Source: Bacteroidetes bacterium GWA2_40_15 | GTDB lineage: Bacteria > Bacteroidota > Bacteroidia > Bacteroidales > VadinHA17 | Direction: 5' to 3' | Length of the DNA: 64,000 nucleotides | Assembly (NCBI GenBank): GCA_001768195.1 | Contig: MENI01000073.1 | Coordinates: forward strand, 7,620-71,619 | In this document: positions 62,754-64,000 of the stretch, in pieces | How the letters are laid out: each line of letters starts with the position of its first letter | How positions within the stretch are numbered: the stretch's first letter is position 1 | Position numbers and translations under genes: made by a program | The notes under the pieces: model-generated | Seen by the model: only the letters and a program-made list of their open reading frames with translations | The model's database searches: none | What the model was told of the DNA's origin: nothing

Positions 62754-64000
62754 ATGAAAAAGCTACTCTTCCTGGTTACTGCACTGTTTTTGGCATGTTT
62801 TGTCAGAGGACAGGTAAAGCCTGACTATTATCTCCCCACAGACATAAAATATAACAGCGCAGTTCCCACTCCGGGACAGCTTGCCGGACATGAGATCGGC
62901 GAATGGCATCTGACTCACGACAAACTGTATTACTTCATGCTGGAACTGGCCAGAATATCTGACAGGGCAATATGGGAAGAATACGGAAAAAGCTATGAAA
63001 ACCGCCCCCTTGGTCAGCTTATCATAAGTTCACCTGAAAACATTAAAAACATAGAACAATTAAGGCAGGAGCATTTAAGATTATGCGACCCTTCATCCTC
63101 CGGCAATTCTGATATTGAAAAAATGCCACTTTTTGTTAAGTTGGGTTATGGGATTCACGGCAATGAATCAAGTGCACAGAATTCATCAGTACTTGTTGCA
63201 TATTATCTGATTGCTGGTGAGAGTGACAAGATAAACGAGATTCTCAGGAACACAGTAATACTGATTGATCCTTCGCTAAATCCCGATGGTATGCAGAGAC
63301 ATTCATCCTGGGTCAACTTTACAAAAAGCATGAATAATAATCCTGATTCTGACTCATGGGAATTCTCCGAGACCTGGCCTGGAGGAAGAACAAACCATTA
63401 CTGGTTTGACCTTAACCGCGACTACCTGTTTCTTCAGCATCCTGAAACAAAAGGGCGAATGGCAGCCTTTTACAGGTGGAGACCCAATATTGTCACCGAT
63501 CACCATGAAATGGATGCCGGCTCCACTTTTTTCTTCCAGCCCGGAGTACAGAAACGGAATAACCCCCTTACACCTGCAAATATTCATACCCTGACGGCAG
63601 AGATAGGAAAATACCATGAAAAATACCTGAATTCCATTGGCAGTCTTTATTATACTGAGGAAAGCTTTGATGATTTTTATGTTGGCAAAGGATCATCCTA
63701 CCCCGACATACATGGTTCAATAGGTATTTTGTTTGAACAGGCAGGAATCAAAGGACATTTGAGAAATACATCAGGCGGCCAGATCTCATTCCCTTTTGCA
63801 ATAAGAAACCAGGTCACTGTTTCGATGTCAACACTCGAAGCAGGACTTTCTTTGAGAAAAAAGCTATTGGAATGTCAGAGGGATTTTTACAAAGATGCTG
63901 CCGCTCAGGCAGATAAACATCAGGTAAAAGCTTATGTAATTACTGAATCGGCTGACAGAGGAAGGCTCAGCGAATTCATCAGTATCCTCCGACAACATCA
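62754..64000 (+). CDS. M14 family zinc carboxypeptidase-like protein (3' end outside window)
   Basis: Frame open from ATG 62754 to the window end (absent from the ORF track because there is no stop). Signal peptide MKKLLFLVTALFLACFVRGQ. GIHGNESS zinc-ligand motif at 63150 is in frame. Confidence 0.7.
   Translation, partial: MKKLLFLVTALFLACFVRGQVKPDYYLPTDIKYNSAVPTPGQLAGHEIGEWHLTHDKLYYFMLELARISDRAIWEEYGKSYENRPLGQLIISSPENIKNIEQLRQEHLRLCDPSSSGNSDIEKMPLFVKLGYGIHGNESSAQNSSVLVAYYLIAGESDKINEILRNTVILIDPSLNPDGMQRHSSWVNFTKSMNNNPDSDSWEFSETWPGGRTNHYWFDLNRDYLFLQHPETKGRMAAFYRWRPNIVTDHHEMDAGSTFFFQPGVQKRNNPLTPANIHTLTAEIGKYHEKYLNSIGSLYYTEESFDDFYVGKGSSYPDIHGSIGILFEQAGIKGHLRNTSGGQISFPFAIRNQVTVSMSTLEAGLSLRKKLLECQRDFYKDAAAQADKHQVKAYVITESADRGRLSEFISILRQH

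Noticed and set aside
63354-63617. ORFs 63354-63617 (minus) and 63406-63594 (plus) listed in the track.
   Set aside because: Both sit inside the long open frame of the M14 peptidase gene (62754 to window end), which carries the HGNE zinc motif in frame. They are shadow ORFs.

Overview
Chromosomal segment of a Bacteroidota genome (gldF/gldG, lpxB-surE synteny, DUF5916/DUF3078/DUF1080 families, TAnnTTTG-type promoter boxes). It is probably an anaerobe or facultative anaerobe, given a four-subunit 2-oxoacid:ferredoxin oxidoreductase, an ADP-forming acyl-CoA synthetase and HydE. I support 57 protein-coding genes. Housekeeping genes: dnaN, DnaQ-like exonuclease, lpxB, surE, pheT, gmk, nadD, yicC, tatA. 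Gene sets: a Tat-dependent periplasmic sugar-oxidation set (Gfo/Idh/MocA, xylose-isomerase-like TIM barrels, DUF1080); a two-subunit molybdenum hydroxylase operon with XdhC and a MobA-like transferase; an aminotransferase / 2-oxoacid:ferredoxin oxidoreductase / acyl-CoA synthetase block; and a visibly AT-richer accessory stretch (about 35-43 kb) of envelope proteins of unknown function. I saw no rRNA, tRNA, CRISPR array, transposase, integrase or phage gene. The most unusual content is non-coding. (1) Five copies of a ~0.55 kb nested-inverted-repeat element: GC-rich termini, 85-88 nt double-hairpin modules in two covarying subtypes, and a core of decayed DUF559 (Vsr-like endonuclease) gene fragments. 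The core and arms occur in different relative orientations in different copies. (2) Nine arrays of 7-, 8- or 9-bp periodic words, mostly flush with stop codons; one fills the whole yicC-gmk spacer. (3) Inverted GC-rich hairpin modules bracketing a three-gene sugar cassette. (4) A ~0.4 kb direct duplication flanking an acyl-AMP ligase gene. (5) A decayed tryptophanase-like pseudogene. All family assignments are by eye from motifs; no searches were run.
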